From Eledone cirrhosa (Eukaryota): DNA of 64,000 bases. Positions 1 to 11,057 of the stretch are shown here, piece after piece (within the stretch, counting starts at the first letter, position 1; each line of letters starts with the position of its first letter). The notes beneath the pieces were generated by a model. The model saw only the letters and a list, made by a program, of their open reading frames with translations, had not been told where the DNA came from and made no database searches. The stretch covers positions 178,436,001-178,500,000 of the forward strand of contig OZ024742.1 in the NCBI GenBank assembly GCA_964016885.1. Reading direction: 5' to 3'. The position numbers were made by a program, and so were the translations under genes.

Positions 1-63
1 AAATATTGATCAACTTCCATTTTAGAAGTTGGTTTGGCATGCCATATTTTTAATATGGTATCC
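1..63 (-). CDS. Candidate coding exon of an unidentified minus-strand gene (runs off the window)
   Basis: Minus-strand acceptor catatttcag|g; open frame (R)DTILKIWHAKPTSKMEVDQY; phase matches the candidate exon 6021-6070. No homology recognised. Confidence 0.3.
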
Positions 64-677
64 CTGAAATATGTATAATGAAATAGATATGGTTTTATAA
101 ATATAGTTTCCATTTGTTTAATATCGTATATCTACTCCAAAACTTGTTGAGTGCTTTATATCAGTTATAAAATATTTACTCGTTGTAACCCAACAATTTT
201 AAATAAAACTTTTGCATATATTTATATATATATTGTATGTATGCTTTCATATATATATGTATGTAAGCATCTATGTATGTGGGTTTGTGTATATGTACCC
301 CCCTCCTCCCGCACCCCACCCCCCACTCCACATATTCCGAATAAATTGTTTCTCTCAAAAGCTTGGATGTATGCATTTATGTATTATATGTATGGCTTTC
401 ATATATATATATGTGTGTTTGTGTGTAAGCATCTATGTATGTGAGCTCTTGTACGTGCGTTTGTGTATATGTACGCCCTGCCCCCCTCCTCCCCTCCCAC
501 ACACATATATTTGGAATAAATTGTTTCTCTCAAAAGCTCATTGTTTAATCCTTAATATTGAAATTCGTTAAATTTCCTGTAATTTCAATTGCGATTATTT
601 CACAGTAAAGCGAGTCACCTGAACAAGTTGTTACGTTGGGGGAAAACCTCACCAATATCTAAATATAGAACAAGACT

Positions 678-754
<77 letters not shown>

Positions 755-1125
755 GGTGATGGTAGGGATAGTAATGGTGGTGAGGGTGGTTGTGGTGGTG
801 AGGGTGGTTGTGGTGGGGGAGTGATGGTGGTGGTGGTGGTGGTGGTGGTTGATGTGATGATGGTGGTGATGGTAGGGATAGTAATATTGGTGGGGGTAGT
901 TGTGGTGGGGTGTGTGGTGATGGTGCAGATGGGGGTGGGGGTAGTTGTGATGGGGGGGATTAGTAATGGTGGTGTTGGTGGGGAGTGTTTGGTGGTGGTG
1001 GTGGGGATTAGTAATGGTGGTGTTGGTGGGGAGTGTTTGGTGGTGGTGGTGGTGGGGTAGTAATCTTGGCAGCAGTAGTATTAGTTGCCGTAGTAATAGC
1101 AGCAGTAGTAGTAGTAGTAGTAGCA
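678..1125. repeat. (TAG)n / (GGT)n compound triplet microsatellite
   Basis: Direct reading; produces poly-V and poly-S ORFs. Confidence 0.95.
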
Positions 1126-1184
1126 GAGCTCTGACAGGATATCCCAGTTTTTCCCTTTATTTTGTTTGTTCCTCCCTTCCTATT

Positions 1185-1309
1185 ACTGCTGCTGCTACTA
1201 CTACTGCTACTGATATACAACAACCACTACCATTGCTGCTGCTGCTACTACTACTACTACTACTACTACTGCTACTGATATACAACAACCACTACCATTG
1301 CTGCTGCTG

Positions 1310-1365
<56 letters not shown>

Positions 1366-1437
1366 GCTATTACTACTGCTGCTGCTGCTACTACTACTGC
1401 TACTGATATACAACAACCACTACCATTGCTGCTGCTG

Positions 1438-1475
<38 letters not shown>

Positions 1476-1530
1476 GATATTACTACTGCTACTGATATTA
1501 CAACAACCACTACCATTGCTGCTGCTGCTG

Positions 1531-1568
<38 letters not shown>

Positions 1569-1631
1569 GCTATTACTGCTATTACTACTGCTACTGATAT
1601 ACAACAACCACTACCATTGCTGCTGCTGCTG

Positions 1632-1663
<32 letters not shown>

Positions 1664-1794
1664 GCTACTGATATACAACAACCACTACCATTGCTGCTGC
1701 TGCTACTACTACTACTACTACTACTGCTATTACTACTGCTGCTGCTACTACTACTGCTACTGATATACAACAACCACTACCATTGCTGCTGCTG

Positions 1795-1844
<50 letters not shown>

Positions 1845-2179
1845 GCTACTACTACTACTACTATTACTACTGCTACTGATATTACAACAACCACTACTAT
1901 TGCTGCTGCTGCAACTACTAATACAATTACTACTACTATTACTAGTACTACTACTGCTGTTGCTTGTGCTGCTGTTACTACTACTACTACTTCTGCTACT
2001 ACTGTTGTTGCTGCTGCTGCTACTACTACTGCTGTTGCTGCTGCTACTACTACTATTACTACTACTACTACTGCTGTTGCTTGTGCTACTACTACTACTA
2101 TTCCTACTACTACTACTGCTACTACTACTACTACTACTACTACTACCACTACTACCACTACTACTACTACTACTACTAG

Positions 2180-2212
<33 letters not shown>

Positions 2213-2328
2213 CACTACTACTACTACCACTACTACTACTACCACTACTACTACTACCACTACTACCACTACCACTACTACCACTACCACTACTACTACT
2301 ATCACTACTACTACTACTACTACTACTA

Positions 2329-2365
<37 letters not shown>

Positions 2366-2415
2366 TACTACTACTACCACTACTACTACTACTACCACTA
2401 CTACTGTTGCTGCTG
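1185..2415. repeat. (CTA)n/(CTG)n/(CCA)n microsatellite with a higher-order unit TGATATACAACAACCACTACCATTGCTG (8 copies)
   Basis: Unit starts at about 1211, 1276, 1404, 1493, 1595, 1669, 1761 and 1877, separated by variable (CTA)n runs. Confidence 0.95.
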
Positions 2416-2499
2416 TCAAGTTAGCAGGGGAAACGAAACAGATACAACTCATAACATTAGAATCGGTCATGGGAATAACAATCACAATTATGATGATAA

Positions 2500-2712
2500 T
2501 AATGGTTTCTTATATAGGCACAAGGCCAGCAATTTTGGGGGAGGGGAAAGTTGATTAAATCGATCACCAGTGCGTGACTGGTACTTTATTTTATCAACCC
2601 CGTAAGGATGAAAGGCAAAGTTAACCTCGGCGGGATTTGAACTCAGAACGCAAAGGGCCATAACTCTATGCTGCAAAGCATGGTGTCTGACTCTCTACCA
2701 ATACTGCCAAAC
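2500..2712 (-). mobile_element. tRNA-derived SINE family A (Meta-domain-like core GCCTTTCATCCTTACGGGGTCGATAAAATAAAGTACCAG)
   Basis: B-box GAGTTCAAATCC and a core shared by many copies across the window. Confidence 0.85.
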
Positions 2713-2717
2713 CAACA

Positions 2718-3700
2718 ATAATTCTTTCTTTATTGGCCACAAGGGCCGAAACATTTAGGACAGGCACTGGGGATTTACAAAAAGATGAAAAAATTTCAAA
2801 ATATATAAACAAATAAAACAAATAACAATAAACAATATGATTATGATAAAAATTCCCCAAACAGGGTGGAGGGGAAGGGGGGGGGCTACAACCCAGGGGT
2901 GACTTAGGAACCGACCAATCCTAAACCACCTTACTCTCCAGGAGCACCCTAAGAAGGTTCCCCTCTCCTTTCTGAACTCTCCAGCCTACAGGTGTATGGT
3001 CAGAGTATCCTCATTCACTCGGGCCATCCTCACTAAATTCACCTACCTTTTAACAAATGTACTGGGTGCAGCACTTCCCTCCCCACCATCACATTCCTTT
3101 CCAAGTGGAACTTGAAAAAAATTGATGAGGGCTTGGCTAAAGAGGAAAGTGTCTGTTTTCAGTCCTTTCAACTGTGCCCACCACACAACCACACAGCTTC
3201 TTTCACTTCAGCCACCAGACAGAGGGAGGTGGAGGAGTAATGATCACGATGTACTCGGATGATACCTGGATCCATCCTATACATGGTGATAATAGCTATT
3301 CAGCAAAACTCCATGAGTCCATAATGCACGGACACTGGACACATGTGTGCAAAATGGTTCCATTGTTCTGCATGCAACTTGGACAGGTCCATCTAACAGC
3401 AGTTTTGTGCCTGTAGAGTTTGTCTTGAACCAACAGGGCCCCCTGGTAGCACTGCCAAGACAGGAATTTCTGGAAGTTAACCATAGTACCCGACTCGAAA
3501 GTTCTCCAGAGCCTCTATGAGAATGCTGTTGCACTTTCCTACCACTAGTCCTCTATAGAAGGCTAGATTGTAATTTCCACTGACCACATTAGAAGTAGAG
3601 GGCTGTGAGATCCTGGCAACTTTCCAGATGTCTGGGGCTCAGTCTGGGTCTTTGCTTGACCCATAACTGCAGCTCAATCAAAGAAATGAGCTGCAGATAA
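2718..3700 (-). mobile_element. Tx1/L1-clade LINE 3' fragment (decayed ORF2 C-terminus and 3' UTR)
   Basis: WQCYQGAL...CPSC...TILH...QCP resembles the zf-RVT Cys/His motif; 3' end GCCCTTGTGGCCAATAAAGAAAGAATTATT; shares CAAGTTCCACTTGGAAAGGAA with 53466. Confidence 0.7.
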
Positions 3701-3749
3701 TGTCTTCTATTTGAGAGAAGAGTAAGGCAATCATATCAAACACACTCCA

Positions 3750-4065
3750 TCAGTTTTGATGATGAATGTTCCAAATAGTTGGATCCTGCTCATGAAATTA
3801 AGTGGCTGAACCTTCCACAGACACGTGTACCCTTAACGTAATTCTCATGGATACAGTGTCTGACATGGCTTGTCCTTTGAGTTACATGTACAATCTATCC
3901 AATGAGCTTCCAAACAGTTTCCGTCCACCCAGTTTCACTGATAAAGCTTGAGTCAACTTGTGCCTATGGACAAACGACTCTTGCCCATGATGCTATGCAA
4001 TGAAATCAAACCTTGGACTTCACGATTGTAAAACAAACTCCTTAACTGTTCAGCCAAGCTGCATC
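3750..4065 (-). mobile_element. SINE family C (tRNA head, CORE-like block and a long conserved domain)
   Basis: Homologous to 29560-30050 and 49200-49480 (GCTCATGAAATTA...CCACAGACACGTGTACCCTTAACGTA). Confidence 0.7.
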
Positions 4066-4069
4066 CATA

Positions 4070-4435
4070 TATCAACCTCAGTATTTAAATGGTATGTTAT
4101 TTTATAGACCCTGGAAGGATAAAAAGCAAAGTTGACCTCGGTAGGATTGGAACTCAAAGTGTAAAAATAATGATTTTTATTTTTGACATGATCAGAAATT
4201 TGAGTTTATTATATTGACCTCTAGTATGTGACAGACACTTTATTTTAAGATGAATGACAAAGTTGACCTCAGTGGGATTTGTCCTCTGAATATAAAGAGC
4301 AGGAAAGAATACTTTATTTCTTATTGATCAATCCAGTTGATTATATCAACCCCAGAACTAAACTGGTACTTATTTTATCAACCCCAGACGAAGGAAAGGC
4401 AAAGTTGATCTTGGAAGGATTTGAACTCAGAATAT
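4070..4435 (-). mobile_element. Three tandem decayed SINE-A fragments
   Basis: Repeated AAAGTTGACCTCGG..GGATTTGAACTC core. Confidence 0.75.
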
Positions 4436-4679
4436 AGAATTTTTTATGTTAATAATTAAATATTTATTTATTTTATTGACCACAATGTTTCAAGTCATTA
4501 AACTCAGTAGAAAAGCAGTGGTGGAAGGAGACTAATAAACACAACACAGTAAGAGATTTACATTGAGTAAAGGAGCAGGGAAGACATAAGTTTAATAACT
4601 TTCTTTTTCTTCTCCTCCTCCTCCTCCTTATCATCTTCATCATCCTCATCCTTCTTCTTCTTCTTCTTCTTCTTCTTTG

Positions 4680-5930
4680 CCCACTTATTTCTGAGAGGGT
4701 CCTTGGAGCAGAGTCCTCAAACACTCCTTCTAGTGGGTCCTGTCAGAAGTAACTGTCTCCAACTGATCTGGCTGGATCTCTAAGTGACAACCAGCTGAGC
4801 TTATAGATGTTATCCCACCATCTTGCTCGGGGTCTACTCCTGTGTTTCTTGCCGTTTGGTTTTGCCTGTAAAACTGTTCAGCAATTATTTCCTGAGACAT
4901 TCTAACCACATGCCCATAGTATCGGAGCTTCATATATCTCCAATCAAAATATATAGTCAGTTGAAAGCAAGTTTGGCTTTTACACCTAGCTCACTTCTGA
5001 TTACCGAATGGTGAATCTGGCACATTACTGCACCAGGTTCTGCAATTCTTGCACTTAATTCAATCTCCTGCCTTCCATCACTAATGAACACGGCCCTGAG
5101 ATACTTAAACTACTCCACTTACTCCAGTGGAACTCATTTACATGTAAAGAGCACTGCATAGGTTTCCTTGAGAGGAGAGTATCTCATTTTTCGCAGCAAT
5201 GATTTTCATTCCAGTTATGCAGCAGGCGACATTAAATCTATCAAGTGCAAGCTGGAGATCACCTTCTGTTGAGTTAAGGAATTTCATGTCATCTGCAAAT
5301 TTCAGCCTACTGATTTTAGACCTTCCAGTCATGATACCACTTCCAACCTGGCTGCACATGTCAATTCTGTTCATGAAAATAATGAACAGGAGAGATGACA
5401 GTATGCACCCTTTTTGTAAATTGGGATTATTACTCCTGATTACCATTGCTTAGGTGCCTTTCCAGAGATCAAGTCCACCCAGGACACATGAGTCAGCCAG
5501 AGAATACTTTCTCTATTTAAGGCTTTTAACATCTAGGGCCAAATTTCATCCCTCCCAGTGACCTTACCACATTTGAACTCTTTAATTGTTCTTGTTTTTG
5601 TATCTCAGCCTCTGAGAGATTAATCATCGTTCCCAGATGCACCTCATGTACATCAAAAGATGCTGTTGTGGTCAGGTTTAGGAGATCAGCAAAGTATTCT
5701 TTCCACCTAACAAGGATGCATCTCTCTGAAGAGAGGAGAATCTAAGGTGCGTTCCTAATAGCAGGTGTAGAGGAGGACTTCTTATTACAAAGTTGGTGGA
5801 TGGTCTGTCAGAACTCTTTATTTGCTGGTCTGAAGTCAGATTCCAGCTTAATCCCAAAGTCCTCTCATGTCTTATTTTTGGATACCTTTACTGTCTCTGC
5901 TGTGATTCTTCATGCCTGCAAGAAGGAGGA
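4680..5930 (-). mobile_element. RTE-clade LINE relic (reverse transcriptase)
   Basis: GCILSSLLFIIFM...LKFADD...DLQLALDRF, KYLR/KYLG and LRYYGHVVRM motifs; frameshifts; (GAA)n tail near 4600-4680. Confidence 0.85.
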
Positions 5931-6020
5931 CTTAATATCTAATAATATATAGAACACACAGTAGAGAACAACAAGGTTTATTTCAAGAAAATGTTAAAAC
6001 TGAATCTTTGAAACAGTTAC

Positions 6021-6070
6021 CTTGATATTCTCTGAGTTTGAGAAACATTTGAAATGGCTTCCTCTAACAT
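6021..6070 (-). CDS. Candidate first coding exon MLEEAISNVSQTQRIS(R) of the minus-strand gene
   Basis: AAA-ATG context, in-frame upstream TAA, donor AAG|GTAACT (phase 2), candidate acceptor ttttctgcag at 6148. Confidence 0.3.
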
Positions 6071-6509
6071 TTTATGAGTGTTTTAAGTATTCTAACCATC
6101 ATTTACCATGTAAGTATACGTAGTATTTGTGATAAAATATAAACTTACTGCAGAAAATTGGATTTAGAACTGCACAAAATTAGGTTTAGAACTACACAAG
6201 CTGAGGTCAACTGAATGTTATAACAATCACTGGTGTGGTGAGGTATATAGTGTGGTGATGGTGTGTGAGATGGTGTATGTCAAGAGTCCACTGCATTTTA
6301 AAATAATTACTGCAACATAAGATAGGATACAGGAAATGGATTTCCCAAAACTGAGGAGAAAAACACATAAGATGATTTGGAGCTTCTCAAACATAACCCT
6401 GAATTATTTTGATTCATATCGAGACCCTGAAATTTTCAAGTATTTTGAGGATGTGTGTGGTGTTTGGATGGGGGAGGGGAAGGTAGGGGAAAGTGGGGCA
6501 TACTAAATG

Positions 6510-6900
6510 TATGCTTCAACCTATGCACATGGGAAGGCAGGTCTCCTGTATTACTGCATAATGCCAGAGATCTTGATCTTGTGTCAGTTCCTTTGAGAGG
6601 TGCAATTTTTATCACCTCATTCCAAGTCTTCCTACTCCAGAGCTTCCATCAACTTTGAGCACCCTGCACATTTTTATACAGCTACAGCTGTCATGCTTCA
6701 TACACGTCACATGTCCATATTGACGCCATCTTCACTCCTGTAAACTGCATCTGCTCCATCTTATGGTTAGTTTCTCTCTCAGTTCATTTATACTTTGCTG
6801 TTTATCCTATGAAGTATGCCAGCTTCATTTCTTTCCAATCTTCGCAGGTCCTCTGTTCACAAAGCCCTGGTCTCACTTCCATGCAATATTGCTCTTCCTA
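6510..6900 (-). mobile_element. RTE-like LINE 3' fragment (second family)
   Basis: Homologous to 18700-19110. Confidence 0.7.
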
Positions 6901-6984
6901 TACACATAGCATACACACACACACACACACACACACAAAAGTAAACAGAAATAACAAAGCAAACAACACAGTACAATGAAGAAA

Positions 6985-7060
6985 TATATTAGTTTAACAC
7001 TTGATACAGTAGGAAAAGAGTCTTAACGTTTCGTGTACTAATCCTTCATCAGAAGATAAA
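6985..7060 (-). mobile_element. Penelope-like terminal repeat relic with a minimal hammerhead-like core
   Basis: Minus strand reads TCTT-CTGATGA-AGGATTAGTACAC-GAAA-CGTTAAGA. Confidence 0.5.
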
Positions 7061-7245
7061 ATGGAAAGTAAAAGATGAAATAGAAAGATAGAGAATAAAA
7101 AGAAAAAGAATTTGAAAAAAATATATTTTGTAAAAAAACGTGTGTATTCAGTCATCCGTATGTATGTGTATGAGTTTTACAAAGGTGTAGAAAGAACTCA
7201 ATACTCAAAATAATATAAATATAATTTTTTCCATTAGTTAAAAAA

Positions 7246-7342
7246 CGCTATTGTAATGACTCACAGGCCTATAGTCTTGTGTGAAGACATTTGTCAAATG
7301 ACTTGACACAAAACTCTAAGCACTTGAGTCACTACAATAGCG
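7246..7342. repeat. Imperfect inverted repeat, 47-bp arms, 3-nt loop
   Basis: CGCTATTGTAATGACTCA...AGACATTT / AAATGACTT...TGAGTCACTACAATAGCG. Confidence 0.85.
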
Positions 7343-7460
7343 CGTTTGGCTTATACAAGAGTGTGTGTACGTATTTATATGTGTGTGTATGTGTGTATAT
7401 GTATGTGCCTCTGCGCGCGTGTGTGTATGCGTATGTCTGTGTGTATGTCTGCGTGTAAAA

Positions 7461-7520
7461 GTCACATGGCGTCTGGTCTCATCCAATCATTTAGTTGATT
7501 GGTAATATTGTATAAGTTCT
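7461..7520 (+). promoter_or_regulatory. Candidate Pol II promoter (GTCACATG, inverted CCAAT pair, TATAAG)
   Basis: GTCACATG 7461-7468, CCAATCA 7483-7489, TGATTGG 7496-7502, TATAAG 7511-7516, followed by CpG-rich sequence. Confidence 0.35.
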
Positions 7521-7873
7521 CCCCAGCACCACCACCACCACCACCACTCGGACCCCTCTCTCCGTTTCTACTAAAATCTGCAAGTAGCAGTCATCTCGCA
7601 CGGTGCGGCAGCAGAGCTGAGGAAGACGAAATACGATGTTCCGTTGAATTACAGCTACAACAACAAATATAAGCTGCTTAGAAATAAACAAAACTAAAAA
7701 ACACAAGATAATTTTCAAAGTAGTTATTTACATACGGAATACAATTATCGATGAAAGAAAAAGGTTTTAGTTTACACAGGAGGGGTAAAATATACGGAAC
7801 ATTTTTGCTGTAAGTATATAAATTTAAATATATCGCAAACGCAAGAAAATAAGGTGAAATACCCCTATAGGTA

Positions 7874-7895
7874 AATATATATACATATATATATA

Positions 7896-7943
<48 letters not shown>

Positions 7944-8119
7944 TATATATATATATATATGTTTATATATATATATATATGTTTATATATATATATATAT
8001 GTATATGTTTATATATATATATGTATATGTTTATATATATATATATGTATATGTTTACATATATATATATATATGTATATGTTTATATATATATATATGT
8101 TTATATATATATATATGTT

Positions 8120-8150
<31 letters not shown>
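7874..8150. repeat. (TA)n/(TG)n compound microsatellite
   Basis: Direct reading. Confidence 0.95.
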
Positions 8151-9032
8151 TTACATATAATTATAGTAGTAATGATACTGATTTTAGGTACAGCTTTATC
8201 TTGAGAAATTAGGATCACAAACCCTTTTCTATTGTTTTTTTGTTATTAACGAAGGCAGCTATAAATTATAACAATGATGCTCTATTGATAATAATGTTAA
8301 TAATAATATGTTAATGCTGTCTTAATAAACCACATAGAGGGCTTACACTAAGAAAACATTAAAGACGATACTTCCCATACAAGGCTAACGTATAATACAA
8401 AACATTTAATTATATAGCGAGGAGAAACATTTCAGTGGGCTCTGTTAGGTTACAAAGTGTGGAATTTTTTAGGGATGAGGCTGGGGGAGTTATCTAGCTA
8501 CAGTCAATTAAAACAACCCAGAATTAAAAACATTGCCCCTACACACACGCCTTTTCTTCTTAAACAATTGTCAGTGATATAATGAACCGATGATTAATAA
8601 TCGGCGATTGCCGTCTACTAATGAAAGAAGGAGCTATTGATAATAATGATGATGATGATATAATATAAACAATAATAGAAACCTGGAATAATCCGTTCTT
8701 AATTTATCGTTATCTTTTGTCAGAGGTATCATAAAAAATAAACCAATACCGAACTAGTAATTGCGAGAGAAAAAATATATTCTAAGCGGCGATTTGAAGG
8801 TAAGCAATTTCAGTTTGTATGAATGTATGAGTGAGTGTGTTAATTTTTCTTATTTTATTATTACCGTGACGAACATGTTCTTTCTTCTTCTTCCCCAATA
8901 ATTTCAATGGAATACATGTTTTTACATATTTTACTTTCTTCTCTTGCCTATTTTCCTTTATTTTCTCTTTCTTTCTTTATTCTTTTTTTTTTCACTTTCA
9001 CGAAACTATCGTTGTCATAAAAAACACAATAC

Positions 9033-9245
9033 CTTTTCCTCGTCGTCACATAAGATTCTGTGTACCTGTTATGGCTTAATTGCTAAAAGTTATTGTTTTA
9101 TCTTGTCTTTTACTCCACGAGCAGTGCTTTGGTTTGTGTTAAACGCTGTGATCTGGGGTGGATCAACAGTAACGTTGGTCGGGGTCGAAACTGCGAAAGT
9201 CCATCTCGACTGCTGAAGACCTTGGTGATCTGTGTCTTTCGTTTG
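9033..9245 (-). other. Candidate non-coding 5' exon with uORF MDFRSFDPDQRYC* (9204-9163)
   Basis: CpG-rich unique sequence ending at donor AAG|GTATTG; a pyrimidine tract follows on the plus strand. Confidence 0.3.
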
Positions 9246-9379
9246 TCTTTTTATTAAAAAAAAATATTTACGGTTTCCCCTTCAAAAAATGTTTTTCGAT
9301 CTGCCTTGTTTTTGTTCGTTGACTTCTGTTTGGTAATTTCCCTAATTATATATATATATATATATATATAGTTTGCGGC

Positions 9380-9540
9380 GCTGAGACCGAAGAGACCACT
9401 AATCATGGGAGTACTCAATGCATGTGGAAATGCAGAGTGAGTATAGGGATATATAAAATCGCGATCGCAGATCAGAGACCGGGAAAACAAATCAGCGTAG
9501 TACTCAATGCATGATTAGGTACAGAGTTGATATAGTAAAT
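9380..9540. promoter_or_regulatory. Duplicated ~90-bp motif module, candidate promoter
   Basis: AGTACTCAATGCATG at 9410-9424 and 9499-9513, plus shared GAGACCG, AATCA and CAGAGT blocks. Confidence 0.35.
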
Positions 9541-10271
9541 TACGTAGTTAAACATTGTATATACACACACACACAGCTGGGTAGTTAAAAGATTTGTAAG
9601 GATTATAGTATCCGACGAGACACTATTTTAATCGGACAGGTGTTTCATTAATAAAGAGGTTTTATTTATTTATTCATTTTTATGACGGGGTGGAAAAAGA
9701 AAGACGCAAAAGAAAAAAGAGAAAAGACACTAAGAAAAATCAATTTTTTTTTTAAGATTCCACCTGGAATCACCATTCTATCAGCTGATCTGATTAATCT
9801 AAGGTAAAACATTTCAATCCTATAAGAATTTTCACAACATTCTTCAATTTTTCTATTCTATTCATTCTTTTTTTTTTCGTGTCTATTTTTAATTTTTATC
9901 TATATTTTTTTTCTGTCTACCTTTTGATTTCGTGCCTGTTTTTTGGGGTTTTTTTTTTAAAATTTGGTTTGAAGATGTTCCGTGTATTTTGAAGATACAA
10001 CTGTTTAAGACGGAAATAGTGTCTGCGTATGACTGCGTGTATGTGTTTACGTATATACTTGTATGTGTGTGCATATGTATTTCTCTAACGCTTTCGTGAA
10101 TGTATGTGTGTGCGTGCCTGTGTGTTTATGCGCATATATATATATATCAGTGCCTACGTATCTGTGTCTAACGTTTCCATTAATGTGTACACTTATGTGT
10201 GCGTGCTTGTAAGTTTGCGTGTATTTATATGTGCTTGTATATGTGTGCATATGCTTCCCTTAATATGTATA

Positions 10272-10422
10272 TGTGCGTGCGTACCTCTATATTTTTGCAT
10301 GTATTTATATGCGTGCATATACATGCGCGCACACACACACACATATAATGTGTATGTGTGTGTGTGCGCATGTATATGCACGCATATAAATACATGCAAA
10401 AATATAGAGGTACGCACGCACA
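10272..10422. repeat. Long inverted repeat with a perfect 57-bp stem
   Basis: 10272-10328 is the exact reverse complement of 10366-10422. Confidence 0.95.
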
Positions 10423-11057
10423 CACACATAATGTGTATGTGTGTGAGTGCGTATATTTCCATTTATTTGTATGTGTGCGTGCCTATATATTTTCGTATGT
10501 ATTTATGAACGGGCGTATGTATCCACATGTAAGTGTATGTGTGTGTGTGTGTATGCTGCCATTAATTTGTATATGTGCGTGCGTGTCTATTCAGTGTATT
10601 TATGTGCGCTTTGATGTGTATGTGCGTGCTTGTAGTTTGTATATGTGTGCGTATTACACATTTGGGTGCTTATGTGTGAGTGTGTGTATGTGTATTAGAT
10701 ATCATCCACAATATAGCTCGCAATAATATCTCTTTGCATTCACCAAATTCGTTTTGCCTGCTCCGCCCATATATATATGCATGAACCGATGAGGGTGCTC
10801 TAACCAAATGAACCATAACCCTAATGTGTATATATGCAATGTATCCGGAGATATTTTGGCATCCTTATTTCGAGCTCTAATATCAAAGATTCCCTATGTA
10901 TGTGTGTTTGTGTGTATAGACCCTTTTTAGAAAATCATTCCCTTTTCTAAGTCATTGCGCATTTTACAAAATAACCGGAAGTAACCTTTAGTATATGAAA
11001 TTATACATAGCATCAATATGATTTTAGGGGTTAAGAACTCATAAATTATGGAGGTAA

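Noticed and set aside
1200-1900. CRISPR-like repeat-spacer appearance
   Set aside because: Spacers are simple (CTA)n runs, the context is eukaryotic, and there are no cas genes.
151-2485. Many long ORFs (poly-V, L, S, Y)
   Set aside because: Translations of triplet and dinucleotide microsatellites.
7895-10726. YIYI/CVCV-rich ORFs (also 38307-38864, 48348-48740 and 54310-54885)
   Set aside because: Dinucleotide and tetranucleotide repeat translations.
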